Assembly: GCA_049510745.1 (NCBI GenBank)
Contig: JBEKYR010000007.1
Location: 64,001 to 128,000, forward strand
From: Verrucomicrobiota bacterium
GTDB lineage: Bacteria > Verrucomicrobiota > Verrucomicrobiia > Limisphaerales > Palsa-1400
DNA: 64,000 nt
Reading direction: 5' to 3'
In this document: piece by piece, positions 19,136 through 29,838 of the stretch
Layout of the letters: every line of letters begins with the position of its first letter
Numbering within the stretch: position 1 is the stretch's first letter
Notes under the pieces: generated by a model
Databases searched by the model: none
What the model was told of the DNA's origin: nothing
The model's input: only the letters and a program-made list of their open reading frames with translations
Made by a program: the position numbers and the translations under genes

Positions 19136-19897
19136 CTACAACCCCGTTGGATGATCCAGAAATGTCCAGGGGACGCCGAAGGTTCTTGATAACTCGGCGG
19201 CCAGGGCCTTGACTCCGAATGTTTCGGTCGCGTAATGGCCGCCGTAGAAAACGTTCAATCCCAATTCCTCCGCCAGCGCGCAGGTCCAGTGCGGGCCTTC
19301 GCCGGTGATGAACGTGTCCACTCCTTCCTGCGCCGCCAGTTTAAGCTGGCTCCCCGCGCCGCCCGTGACGACGCCAATCCGTTGGCATCGCCCGGCGCCG
19401 CCGGGCAGCACAACCGGCGCGCGGCCCAGGACGGCGGCCAGCTTTTTCGAAAGAGCTTCGCGCGAGATGTTCGTCCGCGTCCGCCAGCCGATGTGCCGGC
19501 CTTTTTCCAGGAAGAACGGCCGCAAGTTTTTAAAGCCCAGCGCGGCGCATAACTTCGCGTTGTTGCCCAGGCGCGGATGCGCGTCGAGCGGCAGGTGCGA
19601 ACTGTAAATGGCCAGATCGTTTCCGAGCAAGAGGCCGAGCATTTCCCGGCGGCGGCCCGTCCACGGAACGGTCGGACTCCAAAACAACCCGTGATGCACG
19701 AGCAGCAGGCGCGCTTGCGCGGCGATGGCCAGTTTGATGGTGGCCAGCGACGCATCGACCGCGGCCGCGATTTTCGTCACGGCCCCCGAGTTTTCCACTT
19801 GCAGGCCGTTGACGGCGCCGTCCCAGTCGGAAAAAGTTTCGGGGCGGAGAATTTTCTGGCAGTGGCGGACGATTTTGGCCAGGGGCGCTGTTGGCAT
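19136..19897 (-). CDS. Nif3/YbgI-family dinuclear metal-centre protein
   Basis: NGLQVE, VHHGLFW, HLPLDAH..GNN, FITGE, GHYATE.FG, DHPTGL. Confidence 0.92.
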   Translation of the reverse strand: MPTAPLAKIVRHCQKILRPETFSDWDGAVNGLQVENSGAVTKIAAAVDASLATIKLAIAAQARLLLVHHGLFWSPTVPWTGRRREMLGLLLGNDLAIYSSHLPLDAHPRLGNNAKLCAALGFKNLRPFFLEKGRHIGWRTRTNISREALSKKLAAVLGRAPVVLPGGAGRCQRIGVVTGGAGSQLKLAAQEGVDTFITGEGPHWTCALAEELGLNVFYGGHYATETFGVKALAAELSRTFGVPWTFLDHPTGL

Positions 19898-20009
19898 GGC
19901 TGCAGGAGAACAAAAACGGCGGAGATTTTCAACACGGGAAAAATTTTTGCAACCCGTTGTTGAATTCCTCAGCGGTCTTCTTATAGTGCGAGAGGAGTTT
20001 GAAATAGAA

Positions 20010-21947
20010 ATGAGCCAAGTTGCCTCGCCGACCGCTCCCTGGGACATCCAGGCCGCGCGCGCCCTTTACAACATCAATCGTTGGGGGGTGAAGTACTTCG
20101 ACATCAATGAAGCCGGGCACGTCGTCGCCATGCCGTTGCGCGAGAACGGGGCGGTGGTGGATTTGACGGACGTGATCGAAGAGGCCAAGGGCCGGGGTTT
20201 GAAGTTTCCGGTGCTCATTCGTTTCCAGGATATATTGCGCGACCGGGTGGAGGCGATCAACCAGGCCTTCGCCGCGTCCATCGCCGAGTTCACTTATCAA
20301 AACAAATACCGCGGCGTCTTTCCGATCAAGGTCAACCAACTGCGCGAGGTGGTGGAGGAGATTCTGGACGCGGGCAAACCTTACCAATTCGGCCTGGAAG
20401 TGGGGAGCAAGCCGGAGTTGTTCGCCGGTCTGGCCCTGCAGAACCAGCCGGGCTGCCTCATCGTTTGCAACGGCTACAAGGACGCGCTCTTCATCCGCAT
20501 GGCGCTGATGGGCATCAAGCTGGGCAAAAAGGTGGTCCTGGTGGTCGAGAAGATCGAGGAGTTGAAACAAATCATCGTCGTCTCGCGCCAGATGGGGGTC
20601 GAGCCGCTCATCGGCATCCGCGTCCGTTTGATCAGCAAGGGAGCGGGCAAATGGGCCGACAGCGGCGGGGAGAACGCGAAGTTCGGGCTGAACACCGCCG
20701 AGCTGCTGGCCGCCGCCGATATTTTGCGCGCGGAAAAAATGGAGCATTGCCTGCGGCTGCTGCATTTCCACATTGGCTCGCAGGTGCCGGACATCCTGAC
20801 GATCAAGAAAGCGGTGCAGGAAGCGGCGCGCTTTTACGCCAAACTCTACAAAATGGGTTTTGCCATCGAATCGCTCGATGTCGGCGGCGGTTTGGGGGTC
20901 GATTACGACGGCAGCCGCTCGGCCTTTGACAGTTCGACCAATTACACCCTGCAGGAGTACACCAACGACATTGTTTTTTACATCGCCGAGGTTTGCAACC
21001 AGGAGCAAGTGCCCCATCCGCAGATCATCAGTGAAAGCGGGCGCGCCATTGTCGCCCACCACAGCGTGTTGCTGGTGGAGACGTTCGGCACGATCGAGAA
21101 AACCGGCTCCGGCCCGCCCATGGCCTACGGCGAAAACGAGCACGCGCTGGTGCGCGATCTTCTGGACATCCGCAAGAACCTGCCGCTGCTCAACAAATTG
21201 GAGGCCTTGCACGACGCGACCGACCGGCGGGAAGAGGCGCAGCACATGTTTGCGCTGGGCCTGCTGGAATTGAGCGACAAGGCGAAAATCGAGACGCTTT
21301 ACTGGGAAATCGGGCAGGGGGTCGTGCAGAGTTTTCGCGGCCAGGGGTATGCGCCGGAGGAAATTCGCAAGCTCGAGGACAACCTCGGCGACCAGTACCT
21401 TTGCAATTTTTCCGTCTTCCAATCGCTGCTCGACCATTGGGCGCTGGGCCAGCTCTTCCCCATCATGCCCGTCAGCCGGCTCAACGAGAGGCCGACCCGC
21501 GAAGCCACCCTGGTGGATATCACGTGCGATTCGGACGGCGAGGTGAAGAAATTCATCGACTTGTTCGACGTGCGCGACACCCTGCCGTTGCACGCTCCGC
21601 GCCTCAACGGCAACGGCCCCGAACCGTATTATTTGGGGTTTTTCCTCATGGGCGCCTATCAGGACATCATGGGCGATCTGCACAATCTTTTCGGACGCGT
21701 CAACGAACTGCATGTCTTCCTGGACCCGGACGAGCCGTCCGGCTATTACGTCGAGGAAATCATCGAAGGCTCGACCATCGTGCAGACGCTGACCTCGGTG
21801 CAATACGATGAAAACGAATTGAAGCGCCAGATGAAGATGCAAATCGACGAGGCCATCAAGTCCGACCGCCTCAAGCCCTCGGAAGGCATGCGCCTGCTGG
21901 ACGATTATGAACGCGGCCTCAAGGAGTACACCTACCTGACCATTTGA
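20010..21947 (+). CDS. speA: Biosynthetic arginine decarboxylase
   Basis: FPIKVNQ, GLEVGSKPEL, CNGYKD, HFHIGSQ, DVGGGLGVDYDG, TCDSDG, GAYQDIMGDLHNLFG. Confidence 0.96.
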   Translation: MSQVASPTAPWDIQAARALYNINRWGVKYFDINEAGHVVAMPLRENGAVVDLTDVIEEAKGRGLKFPVLIRFQDILRDRVEAINQAFAASIAEFTYQNKYRGVFPIKVNQLREVVEEILDAGKPYQFGLEVGSKPELFAGLALQNQPGCLIVCNGYKDALFIRMALMGIKLGKKVVLVVEKIEELKQIIVVSRQMGVEPLIGIRVRLISKGAGKWADSGGENAKFGLNTAELLAAADILRAEKMEHCLRLLHFHIGSQVPDILTIKKAVQEAARFYAKLYKMGFAIESLDVGGGLGVDYDGSRSAFDSSTNYTLQEYTNDIVFYIAEVCNQEQVPHPQIISESGRAIVAHHSVLLVETFGTIEKTGSGPPMAYGENEHALVRDLLDIRKNLPLLNKLEALHDATDRREEAQHMFALGLLELSDKAKIETLYWEIGQGVVQSFRGQGYAPEEIRKLEDNLGDQYLCNFSVFQSLLDHWALGQLFPIMPVSRLNERPTREATLVDITCDSDGEVKKFIDLFDVRDTLPLHAPRLNGNGPEPYYLGFFLMGAYQDIMGDLHNLFGRVNELHVFLDPDEPSGYYVEEIIEGSTIVQTLTSVQYDENELKRQMKMQIDEAIKSDRLKPSEGMRLLDDYERGLKEYTYLTI

Positions 21948-21953
21948 ACCGGG

Positions 21954-22640
21954 ATGGATGCCGCCAAAGCCGATCTCATGCGCGCCCTCGGGCGGTTGGC
22001 GCGCGGTCTGTCAACGCTGTTTTGGTGCCTGCCGTTGACGCTGGTGGCGCAGGTGGAGACGGGGCGGACGGACTGGGTGGGGTTTTTGGGCGCGTTTGCT
22101 TTTGTGCCGGCGTTGGTTCTCAGCGGCCTGCTCTGGCATGGGCTGCGCCAACTGCGGGATTTTCAGAGGCAGGAGCGCGTCTGGCAGCAGGCACTGGATC
22201 GGGCGGAGTTTCTCGCCATCGTCAACGCTGGCTTGTCGCCGTTTTTGTTTTGGTGGCACCGCTTTCCCCTCGTCCCGCTTTACATCGTTTGCGTCGATTT
22301 CCTGGCGGTGGCGGGCCTGCTTTTTTTGATGCAGCTCAACCGCGTGCTGCTTCGGCTCAGCGCGATGCTGCCCGATGAAATGCTGCGGTTGGAGACCCGG
22401 ACGTTCACCGGCTTGAACATCTGGATGCTGCTGGCCGTGTTGGCGGGCTTCAGCGCCGAGCGCATCCTGCGGGGCGTGCTGGGCGCGCCGCGGCTCCTGG
22501 GCGCTTTTCCGTGGGGGTTGCAAGAGGCGGCCGTGTGGCTGGCGTTATTCTTTGCGTTGATGCCGGTGGCGATGACCCTGGCGCTCCTGTGGAAAATCAA
22601 GGAGGCGATTTTCACCAGCCTGATTGAAACGGAGCGGTGA
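21954..22640 (+). CDS. Hypothetical multi-pass membrane protein
   Basis: About six hydrophobic segments; starts 6 bp after the speA stop. Confidence 0.7.
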   Translation: MDAAKADLMRALGRLARGLSTLFWCLPLTLVAQVETGRTDWVGFLGAFAFVPALVLSGLLWHGLRQLRDFQRQERVWQQALDRAEFLAIVNAGLSPFLFWWHRFPLVPLYIVCVDFLAVAGLLFLMQLNRVLLRLSAMLPDEMLRLETRTFTGLNIWMLLAVLAGFSAERILRGVLGAPRLLGAFPWGLQEAAVWLALFFALMPVAMTLALLWKIKEAIFTSLIETER

Positions 22641-22685
22641 ATTTGTCCGTGTTCAAGTCACACTTCGGGCATCCAGCCTTTCCTG

Positions 22686-25600
22686 TTACGGCGTTATGAG
22701 CATGGCGCGGTAAAACTGGTCGGGATTGGCCGTGTTGGTGTCGGTGAAAGACCAGTTGCCGTTGGCATCGGCAGCGTTGGTGACCAGAGGCTGCCAGTTT
22801 ACGGGCGGTGTGAGGTTGGCCGCCACCTGCAGCACATACGAATAGCCCGGCGTGCCGGTGAATTGAAACTGCACGCCTTGTCCGGCGCCCAAGGCGGCGC
22901 TCAAGGGTGGCAAAGCCACGTTCAGAGTGGCTATGCTGCTCGTGACGCTGCCGTAAGGGCTTGTCACCACCACGTCGTACATTCCAGCACTGCCCCCGGT
23001 TACATTCGACAGCAGGAGTAGCGGGGTTTGATAAAGAACCTCGCGGATGCGGTTATTGTGCATGTCCGCAATGAAAACGTCCCCGGCCGCATTCACGGCC
23101 ACGCCAATGGGAAGGGCCAGTTCGGCATCGACAGGCCATCCACCATCGCCGAGAAAACCCTCCGTCCCATTGCCTGCCAGTGTGGTGATTGTGCCCGTGT
23201 TTGCGACTTTGCGGACTCGGAAATTACCGCCGTCGGCGATAAACAGATTGCCGAACCCATCAACGGCCACAGCGTACGGATGGTTCAGGGCGGCATTGGT
23301 CGCCGCACCGCCGTCACCTGAGAATCCCGCAGTCCCATTGCCCGCGACGGTGGCAACAAGGCCGTTGGTTCCAATCTGCCGAATTCGAGAATTCCCTAAG
23401 TCCGCGATGAATAAATTGCCGGAGCTATCAAAGGCGATGCCCCAAGGACCATGAAACGTGGCATTGGTGGCCGGGCCGCCATCGCCCGAAAAACCGGGCG
23501 CGCCCGTGCCTGCCACGGTGGTGATGGAGCCGCTGGCGCTCACTTCCCGTATGCGGTTGCTGGACGTATCCGCAATGAACAGATTGCCCAGACTGTTTAC
23601 GGCCAGTCCACGAGGAGAGGAGAGACTGGCATTGGTCGCCAAGACCCCATTGCCGGAGGAGTTGGTTCCGCCACCCGCCGCGGTGGTGATGATGCCGTTG
23701 GTTCCGACTTTACGAATCACATCATTTTCCAAATCCACGATGAACAAGTTGCCAAGATTGTCCGCCGCGACAGCAACAGGTTCCGACATGGTTGCGTTGG
23801 TTGCCGGGCCTCCATTGCCGGTATAACCATACGATCCGTTTCCTGCCACAGTGCTGGTAATGCCATTGGTCCGTATCTCACGAACGAGGTCGTTTCCCAC
23901 ATCGCAATAAAGGAGATTGCCTGAAGGGTCCAGCGCCACTGCGATAGGCTCCCGAATGCAGGCATTGACGGCCGCGCCTCCGTCCCCGATGCCACCGCCT
24001 GCAACCGTATTGATGACGCCGCCAACTTTTGTCTGACGCACACGACCGTTGTCGGTGTCCGCAATGATAACGTTCCCCAGAGAGTCCACCGCCAGGCCTT
24101 GAGGATAACCCAATTCCGCGTTGACCGCCGGGCCGCCATCGCCCGAATAGCCGCCCACTCCCCCCCGCCCCGCGACCGTGGTGATGATCCCATTGGTTCC
24201 GACTTCGCGGATGACGCTATTATTGCCATCGGCAATGAACAGGCTGCCGGAGGCGTCCACGGCCACAGCCGTCGGATAGTAGAGAGAGGCGTTGGTCGCC
24301 GGGCCGCCGTTTCCAGAGTAACCTCCTGAGCCGCCGTCGCCGGCCACCGTCGTGATAATGCCGTTGGTGGCCACCTCCCGGATGCGCTGGTTATATTGAT
24401 CCGCGATAAACAGATTGCCCGAGGCGTCCAGCGCCAACCCGCCAGGATAAGACAAGAGGGCGTTGGCGGCCGGGCCGCCATCGCCGGAGAATCCATTCGT
24501 GCCATTGCCCGCCACCGTGGTAATAATGCCGTTGGCAGCCAACTTACGGATGCAGTTGTTGCCGCTGTCGGCGATGAACAGGTTGCCGTAAATGTCCACG
24601 GCCACGCCGGAAGGGCCGTTGAGTTCGGCATTCGTGCCCGCCCCGCCGTCGCCAAAATATCCATACTTGCCGTTCCCTGCTATCGTAGTGATGATGCCAT
24701 TGGTGTTCACTTGGCGGATGCGGTTGTTGAGCATATCCGCTATGAACAGGTTGCCGAGGTTGTCCACCGCCACGGCAGCGGGAAGAGCCAGGCTGGCACT
24801 GGTGGCTGCGCCGCCGTCACCCGAGTAGCTCCCGAAACTGTCGTAGGTCACCTTTCCCGCCACCGTCGTGAGAATGCCGTTGACCGCCACTTTGCAGATT
24901 CGGTTATTGTACTGGTCAGTAACAAATAGATTTCCCATGGCGTCCATCGCCACGGCGCATGGATCATCGAGCATGGTATTGGTCGCCCAACCGCCCGTGT
25001 CCTCGCCCGCAACGGTGATGATGACGGGATTGGGAAAACTCACGCCGTTGAGTTGCCACTGGTAAGTGAACGGGCCGGTGCCGGAAACCGCGACGGTGAA
25101 CGAGGCCGTGCCCGCCGCAAGCGCCGTTTGGCTGGCAGGTTCGGAGTCAATGACCGGCGCCAATCCAACGGTCAAAGCCGCCACGGCGCTGGTCACGCTG
25201 CCGTAGTTGTTCGTGACCACAACGGTGTAATTGCCGGCTTCATTGGTGGAAACGTTTGTCAGAGTCAAAATTGAGTCCGTGGCGCCGCTTAGGTTCGTGC
25301 CATCAAACTGCCACTGATATGACAAAGGGTCTGTCCCGTCCGCGGTGACAGTGAAAGCGGCACTGTAGCCAATCCCGGCAGCCTCGGACGCCGGCTGGAC
25401 TGTGATCGAGGGCGGATACAACACGGTCAAGGTGGCCACCGCGCTGGTGACGCTGCCGTAAGGACCCGTCACGATGACGTCGTAATTGCCCGCGTTGTTG
25501 AAAGCCACATTGTTCACGAGAAAGGCCGGGCCTTGAAGGATCACTTTGGCAATTCGAGGTGGCTCAACCACACTTTGCGTCATAAAGATGTTCCCATAAG

Positions 25601-28295
25601 CGTCCGCCGCCAATCCGATCGGATCTCCCAAATAGGCGTTCGTTGCATTTTGGCCAACGAAGCCGCTTTCGTATCCGCCGCCGGCGACGGTCGTGATAAT
25701 TCCGTTGGTTGACACCCGCCGGATGCGCCTGTTCTCTCCATCTGCTATGAACAAATTGCCGTAAATATCCAAAACGACGTCGTAAGGGTGGAAAAGCGAA
25801 GTGTTGGTGGCTGCAACGCCATCGCCGGAGTAGCCATCCTTTCCGTTTCCGGCCACAGTGGAAATAATGCCGTTGGTCCCGACTTCGCGGATGCGATTGT
25901 TCCCGGAATCGGCAATAAAAAGATCGCCACTGCCGTCAAGCGCCACGCCCGAGGGGACGTTGAGCTTGGCGCTGGTTGCCGGACCGCCGTCGCCCGCGTA
26001 GCTTCCCACGCTCGGGTAACTGGGGCCGCTTCCGGCAACGGTGGTAATGATCCCGTTAGTGGCAACCTTCCTGATCCGGTTGTTGTAGGTGTCGGCAATG
26101 AAAAGCTGGCCCGTCGCGTCCACCGCCACGGACTCGGGCGCATAGAGCCGGGCGTTGGTCGCCTGGCCGGCGTCGCCGGTGTAGCCGTTGGTTAGGTACC
26201 CGGCAAAAGTCGTAATGATGCCATTGGTATTGACCTTGCGGATGCGGTCATTGTCAGTGTCAGCAATAAACAGGTTTCCGAGAGCGTCCGCGGCCACTCC
26301 ATCAGGCATGTTCAGGCTGGCGTTGGTCCCCTGGCCGCCATCGCCGGAATACCCGCGCCTGCCCTTTCCCGCCACCGTGGTAATAATGCCGGCGGCATTC
26401 ACCTTGCGGATGCAATTGGTTCCGAAGTCGGCGATAAAGACGTTGCCGTGTGTGTCCACGCTGAGATGGGCGGGGTTCGTTAATTCGGCGTTGGTCGCCG
26501 GCACTCCGTCACCGCTATAGCCCGCCGCGCTGGAGCCTGCGAACAGCGTGATAATATGGTTGGGCAGATTGGTCCCATTGAACTGCCATTGGTAGGTGAA
26601 AGGGCCTGTGCCGGAAACCGCGACGTCGAACGTGGCGCTGCTCCCGAGGAGGTTTGTCTGGTTCGACGGTTGAACGACAAGGGCGGGCGAATATCCGACC
26701 GCCAGCGTCGCCACGCTGCTGGTGACGCTGCCATACGCATTGGTAATGACGACGGAATAGGAGCCTTGATCCGAAAGCTCAGTTGGGTCCAAGGACAACG
26801 TCGCCGTCTGCGATCCGTTGATGCGGCTGCCATCGATTATGTTCGTCCTATCGAGTTCCCATTGGCAGATCAGTGGCGGGGTTCCAATCGCCACCACCGT
26901 GAGACTATTGCTGCTCCCCACGATCACCATGCTGCTTGACGGTTGAGTTGTAATGGCGGGCGATGAGAGAACGTTTAGTGTCGCGACAGTACTGGTGACG
27001 CTTCCCGCGACCGACGTGATAATCACCTCATAAGATCCTTCATCAGCCCACGTGACGCTGTTGAGCAAAAGCCCTGGCCACCAACCGACCGCGCGGATGC
27101 GCATGTTGCTCTGATCGGCAATAAACACGTTGCCGACGGTGTCCACTATCACGCCTGATGGATAGTTCAGCGCCGCGGCAGTCGCCGGTCCGCCGTCGCC
27201 ATAGTAGGCGCGATTCTCGTTTCCCGCCACGGTGGAAATGATGCCATTGGTCCCTACTTTGCGGATACGGCTGTCGATAGAATCCGCAATATAAAGATTG
27301 CCGGCCCCATCCACAGCGACCCCCACTGGATTATCCAAGGCGGTATTGGTAGCCGGCACGTCATTCCCGTAAATGAGGCCGCCATTGCCGGCGACCGTTT
27401 CGATAATGCCGTTGGTACCGACTTTTCGGATGCGGGAGTTATCAGTATCAGCAATGAAGAGATTGCCATAGGCGTCCACGGCCACGCCATAGGGATTGCT
27501 CAACCCGGCATTGGTAGCAGGGCCGCCATCGCCCGAGAAATCTATGTCCCCGAAACCTGGTGGGCTACTGCCTGCGACAGTCGTGATGACGCCGCCGGTC
27601 GTGAACGCTCTGATTCGATTGTTGCCCGTATCCGCTATGAACAGGTTGCCGTTGGGGTCCATTGCAATGGCCGAGGGAACGCTGAATTCCGCGTTCGTGG
27701 CCGCGCCGCCATCGCCGGAAAAGCCGTTGGTGGTCGTCCCCGCCACTGTTAAGATAATCCCATTGGTCAACACCTCGCGCACGCAATTATTACCCGTATC
27801 CGCAATAAACAGGTTGCCGAAACCGTCCACCACCACGCCCGCCGGGCCGTTGAGTTCGGCGTTGGTCGCTGCGCCGCCGTCACCGCAATAGCCGTTGGTG
27901 CCATTGCCCGCAAAGGTGGAGATAAGCCCGTTGGACCCGACCTTGCGAATGCAACCGTTGCCGGAATCCGCGATGTAGAGATTGCCGGATGCATCGCGGG
28001 TGAGGCCTGAAGGCAAGTTCAAACTGGCATTGGTGGACTGATCGCCGTCACCGGAATAGCCCTCTGTCCCATCACCTCCAACTGTCATGATGGTCTGCGG
28101 CAGGTTGGCGCCGTCAAATTGCCATTCATAACCCAATGGACCGGTGCCGGAAACGGCCACGGTCAGCATCGCGTTGCTGCCGGCAAAAACGGTCTGGTTG
28201 GTGGGTTGTTGTGTAATCGCGGGCGTCGATTGCCCGCGCGCCATTCCCGCCGCAAAGAGCCACAAGCCAAAAAGGGTGAGGATTGTCCTTTTCAT
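22686..28295 (-). CDS. Large secreted NHL-repeat (teneurin-like) / Ig-like domain protein
   Basis: Signal peptide; many P.GVAVD..GNLFIAD..N.RIR.V..NGIITTVAG.G..G.SGDGG.ATNA repeats; Ig-like P.I..QP....YQWQ.G.NL...Y.V.VTN..GSVTS units. Confidence 0.9.
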   Translation of the reverse strand: MKRTILTLFGLWLFAAGMARGQSTPAITQQPTNQTVFAGSNAMLTVAVSGTGPLGYEWQFDGANLPQTIMTVGGDGTEGYSGDGDQSTNASLNLPSGLTRDASGNLYIADSGNGCIRKVGSNGLISTFAGNGTNGYCGDGGAATNAELNGPAGVVVDGFGNLFIADTGNNCVREVLTNGIILTVAGTTTNGFSGDGGAATNAEFSVPSAIAMDPNGNLFIADTGNNRIRAFTTGGVITTVAGSSPPGFGDIDFSGDGGPATNAGLSNPYGVAVDAYGNLFIADTDNSRIRKVGTNGIIETVAGNGGLIYGNDVPATNTALDNPVGVAVDGAGNLYIADSIDSRIRKVGTNGIISTVAGNENRAYYGDGGPATAAALNYPSGVIVDTVGNVFIADQSNMRIRAVGWWPGLLLNSVTWADEGSYEVIITSVAGSVTSTVATLNVLSSPAITTQPSSSMVIVGSSNSLTVVAIGTPPLICQWELDRTNIIDGSRINGSQTATLSLDPTELSDQGSYSVVITNAYGSVTSSVATLAVGYSPALVVQPSNQTNLLGSSATFDVAVSGTGPFTYQWQFNGTNLPNHIITLFAGSSAAGYSGDGVPATNAELTNPAHLSVDTHGNVFIADFGTNCIRKVNAAGIITTVAGKGRRGYSGDGGQGTNASLNMPDGVAADALGNLFIADTDNDRIRKVNTNGIITTFAGYLTNGYTGDAGQATNARLYAPESVAVDATGQLFIADTYNNRIRKVATNGIITTVAGSGPSYPSVGSYAGDGGPATSAKLNVPSGVALDGSGDLFIADSGNNRIREVGTNGIISTVAGNGKDGYSGDGVAATNTSLFHPYDVVLDIYGNLFIADGENRRIRRVSTNGIITTVAGGGYESGFVGQNATNAYLGDPIGLAADAYGNIFMTQSVVEPPRIAKVILQGPAFLVNNVAFNNAGNYDVIVTGPYGSVTSAVATLTVLYPPSITVQPASEAAGIGYSAAFTVTADGTDPLSYQWQFDGTNLSGATDSILTLTNVSTNEAGNYTVVVTNNYGSVTSAVAALTVGLAPVIDSEPASQTALAAGTASFTVAVSGTGPFTYQWQLNGVSFPNPVIITVAGEDTGGWATNTMLDDPCAVAMDAMGNLFVTDQYNNRICKVAVNGILTTVAGKVTYDSFGSYSGDGGAATSASLALPAAVAVDNLGNLFIADMLNNRIRQVNTNGIITTIAGNGKYGYFGDGGAGTNAELNGPSGVAVDIYGNLFIADSGNNCIRKLAANGIITTVAGNGTNGFSGDGGPAANALLSYPGGLALDASGNLFIADQYNQRIREVATNGIITTVAGDGGSGGYSGNGGPATNASLYYPTAVAVDASGSLFIADGNNSVIREVGTNGIITTVAGRGGVGGYSGDGGPAVNAELGYPQGLAVDSLGNVIIADTDNGRVRQTKVGGVINTVAGGGIGDGGAAVNACIREPIAVALDPSGNLLYCDVGNDLVREIRTNGITSTVAGNGSYGYTGNGGPATNATMSEPVAVAADNLGNLFIVDLENDVIRKVGTNGIITTAAGGGTNSSGNGVLATNASLSSPRGLAVNSLGNLFIADTSSNRIREVSASGSITTVAGTGAPGFSGDGGPATNATFHGPWGIAFDSSGNLFIADLGNSRIRQIGTNGLVATVAGNGTAGFSGDGGAATNAALNHPYAVAVDGFGNLFIADGGNFRVRKVANTGTITTLAGNGTEGFLGDGGWPVDAELALPIGVAVNAAGDVFIADMHNNRIREVLYQTPLLLLSNVTGGSAGMYDVVVTSPYGSVTSSIATLNVALPPLSAALGAGQGVQFQFTGTPGYSYVLQVAANLTPPVNWQPLVTNAADANGNWSFTDTNTANPDQFYRAMLITP

Positions 28296-28482
28296 GCTTG
28301 GGCTATCCTTGGGCAATTTCGTAGCTGCTTCAAGAAAGATCCAGTTGAAAAACGCACCATCCCTTGTCGTTTGAGGCGCAGAGGATAAGTAGGTTCAGGC
28401 GTCCTTCCGCAGCGCCTCGCTTCGTCGCCTTGGAATGTGACAGAGTTTAATTGAACGTGACAATCTGAATTGTCCGCGGACA

Positions 28483-29574
28483 CTAATTCAACAGGTTGTA
28501 CCAATTGTCCCGCTGGCGGGCCTCGTAGCCGAGTTCCTCGATCAGGCGCCGCATGTCCGCCACGCCCATGCGGTAAGTGGCGCCGGCCTGGGAAACCACG
28601 TTCTCTTCAATCATGATGCTGCCCAGGTCGTTGGCGCCGAATTGCAGCGCGATCTGGCCGATCTCCGGGCCTTGCGTGACCCACGAGCTTTGCACGCTGG
28701 GAAAATTGTCCAGGTAAATCCGGCTCAACGCCTGCGTGCGCAGGTATTCGTGCGCCCCGGCCGTCGGGGCCTTCAGCCGCGTGTGTTCGGCCTGGAACGT
28801 CCAGGCAATGAACGCCGTGAACCCTTTGCTTTTGTCCTGTTGCGCGCGCACCCGTTCCAGGTGCTCGATCCGGTCCTCGATCGTTTCGACGTGCCCGAAC
28901 ATCATCGTCGCCGTCGAGTTCAGCCCCAGGCGATGGGCCACGTCCATCACCTCCAGCCAGTCGTCGCTCATTGCTTTGAGCGGGGAAATGCGCCGGCGGA
29001 CGCGGTCCACCAGGATTTCCCCGCCGCCGCCCGGGATCGACCCCAGTCCCGCCCGCGCGAACCGGGAAATGATCTCCTCCAGCGGCAACCCGAAGACCTC
29101 GCGGAAATGGACGAATTCACTCGGGCTGAAGCCGTGGATGTTGACGGCGGGGAACTTGTGTTTTATATGCGACAGCAAATCGAGGTACCATTGCAGGGAA
29201 AGCTTCGGGTGATGGCCGCCTTGGAGGAGGATCTGGGTTCCGCCCAGGGCGAGGGTCTCCTCGATTTTGCGGTCCATTTCCTTCAGCGAGATGACGTAGG
29301 CGCCGGCGTCCTGCTCCGTGCGGTAGAAGGCGCAGAATTTGCAATAGACATTGCAGACATTGGTATAGTTGACGTTGCGGTCAACGATGTAGGTGACGAT
29401 CCGGTTGCCGCGGCCCTGGTGGGCGGCGGCGCGGGCCAGTTGGCGCCGGCGATGGGCCAGCATCCCCAGTTCCTCCAGTGGCAGGCGGCAGAGCCGGAGG
29501 GCCTCGTCCTGATCGACGCGCCCGCCGTTCCAGACCTTTTGCAGCAGGTCATCCGATGGCAATTCGCAAGTCAT
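28483..29574 (-). CDS. mqnC: Cyclic dehypoxanthinyl futalosine synthase (radical SAM)
   Basis: TYIVDRNVNYTNVCNVYCKFCAF, LLQGGHHP, SIPGGGGEIL, SSWVTQG, GANDLGSIMIEENVV. Confidence 0.92.
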   Translation of the reverse strand: MTCELPSDDLLQKVWNGGRVDQDEALRLCRLPLEELGMLAHRRRQLARAAAHQGRGNRIVTYIVDRNVNYTNVCNVYCKFCAFYRTEQDAGAYVISLKEMDRKIEETLALGGTQILLQGGHHPKLSLQWYLDLLSHIKHKFPAVNIHGFSPSEFVHFREVFGLPLEEIISRFARAGLGSIPGGGGEILVDRVRRRISPLKAMSDDWLEVMDVAHRLGLNSTATMMFGHVETIEDRIEHLERVRAQQDKSKGFTAFIAWTFQAEHTRLKAPTAGAHEYLRTQALSRIYLDNFPSVQSSWVTQGPEIGQIALQFGANDLGSIMIEENVVSQAGATYRMGVADMRRLIEELGYEARQRDNWYNLLN

Positions 29575-29640
29575 GCAATTCCGTTCAGTTTGCCGTCTGC
29601 GCAGCCAAAGTGCAATCGCTCGATCAGGGTTGCGTGTTCT

Positions 29641-29777
29641 CGGGTGCATTTCAGATTTCTGGGTTCCCCTCCTAATCTTGCTCCTAATCTTAATCTCTTC
29701 GCCCTCCTGCATTCGGATTAAGAGCAAGATTACGATTACGATTAAGCAAATCAACCCAAAAATGTGAAATACACCCG
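29641..29777. repeat. Palindromic MITE/REP-like intergenic element
   Basis: 25-bp terminal IR with 3 mismatches; inner 17-bp IR; TAATCT/GATTA hexamer runs. Confidence 0.75.
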
Positions 29778-29838
29778 CGCGCGCCGACGGCCACGCCGCG
29801 CTTGCCGAAAGCCGTCCGCCAAGGCATGTAATATCCCC

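Noticed and set aside
22638..28479. TGAAT(T)TGTCCG near both ends of the NHL gene as possible insertion scars
   Set aside because: The match is short and imperfect, with no inverted repeats or integrase; compatible with chance.
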